Shown piece after piece: positions 63,008 through 64,000 of a stretch of 64,000 nt of DNA; positions within the stretch are counted from its first letter, which is position 1, and each line of letters opens with the position of its first letter. The DNA lies in NCBI GenBank assembly GCA_026914245.1, contig CP110439.1:4836001-4900000 (forward strand). Reading direction: 5' to 3'. A model generated the notes under the pieces. The model did no database searches and was not told the DNA's origin. It worked only from the letters and a program-made list of their open reading frames with translations. The position numbers and the translations under genes are program-made. The stretch is from Puccinia triticina (taxonomy: Eukaryota).

Positions 63008-63572
63008 TGTAAAAATGGTAAATAGATTACTTTTTGAAACAGTTATAATTTAAGAACTCAATAAAAGTAATACACTTTTTGAATAAAGAAAAACAATTGT
63101 TAGAATCAGTTTTGTAGAAGGATAGATAACAATAATGAAAAAATACCTCAAAGATATGAATCACACAAAAAGAAAAATCTTGATACAATAGCAACGACGA
63201 CAATGTAAGACACAAGGATTATCACGACGAAACAGCCTGCCCAGAAGCTGGATCTAGCTCCTCCTAGATGTCAGAGATCAACGATGGTTGAGATTGTACG
63301 TTTGATTTGGTTGATTAGGTTACGAAGAAGAATAACCTTTGAGTTTGATGATCGATTATCGATTGATGATTGTAGAGATTCGATTTTGAGAAGAAAGAAA
63401 GAAAAAGGGGAGAGAAGTTTATCGGCGAGAAGTGATGGTTGATCGGAAGAAAACCCAGTCTGAAGTCCGAGTCAATCGACAAAGCCTGAGCATCGCATGC
63501 ACCCCGGATTTATGCATCACCACATGCATAACCTAAACCATCCATGTGCGAGTTTAAAACCGGACAAATAGT

Positions 63573-63665
63573 CTAGCTTAACACAAGCCCCTCGTTTCAG
63601 AGGGAGGCGGGTGAAACACCGCCGGGCGCCTCTCGCGGAGCGAGCCTCTGAAAGAGGGGCTTGTG
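63573..63665. mobile_element. probable left terminus of another AcademH-type element running off the window
   Basis: CTAGCTTAACACAAGCCCCTC...GAGGGGCTTGTG resembles the other Academ-type termini; partner end not in the window. Confidence 0.4.
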
Positions 63666-64000
63666 GGGTATCCCTGACTTTTGGCGTGAGCGGTTTTCAA
63701 ATTTAGGTGGGAGGAATTTGCCTCCGCTTGTTCCCTATCTTGCAGAGGGAATTTCCCGAGGCCTGTTACACCAATTGAAAGGCCTACATCCGGCCCTTCC
63801 CATGCCCAAGCATGGATAAAATCCAGCAAACCATCCGGTGGCCATGGCCCTTTGAAGTTTTACATTTTTGAGACGAGTGACCGGCAGATTGTTCAGGGCT
63901 TGCACTGTATGAAGCCCGCCAGTCGGATGCATTCCATCCTTGCATGAATTGCGGCCGTCAATGATCTGAAAAAAAAAACTGATGGGCTGTATCTTCTAGA

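Larger units (their letters stand above)
57796..63566 (-). mobile_element. Ty1/Copia LTR retrotransposon
   Basis: 559-bp LTRs at 57796-58354 and 63008-63566 (three mismatches noticed); 5-bp TSD AATAG; PBS TGGTAGCGAGAGC (minus, 63007-62995); PPT AGGAGGAG; order gag-PR-INT-RT-RH. Confidence 0.95.

Overview
Eukaryotic, transposon-dense DNA with short GT-AG introns. The element families and mutation signature point to a rust fungus (Pucciniales, Puccinia-like; inferred). Most of the window resolves into nested mobile elements whose ends and target-site duplications (TSDs) can be read directly. (1) A 22.8-kb AcademH-type DNA transposon (5941-28705, 9-bp TSD) with convergent RecQ-like helicase and transposase pseudogenes. 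It hosts a two-gene Tc1/IS630-type element with an apparently intact DD34E transposase, a 10.9-kb Ty3/Gypsy element, and a non-autonomous AcademH. The Gypsy element has a putative -1 frameshift and an extra spliced antisense gene. (2) A 55-aa secreted Cys-rich gene candidate missed by the ORF track. (3) A full-length 9.1-kb Kyakuja-Dileera-Zisupton (KDZ) element (8-bp TSD) with CxC1-KDZ transposase and an HMG-like partner gene. (4) A CACTA-like foldback element, an ADA2 pseudogene, several MITEs, satellites and solo LTRs. (5) A Ty1/Copia element with a solo LTR in its integrase. Nonsense codons and LTR mismatches fall mostly in TpCpG context. Family and domain calls come from motif recognition by eye, not database searches.
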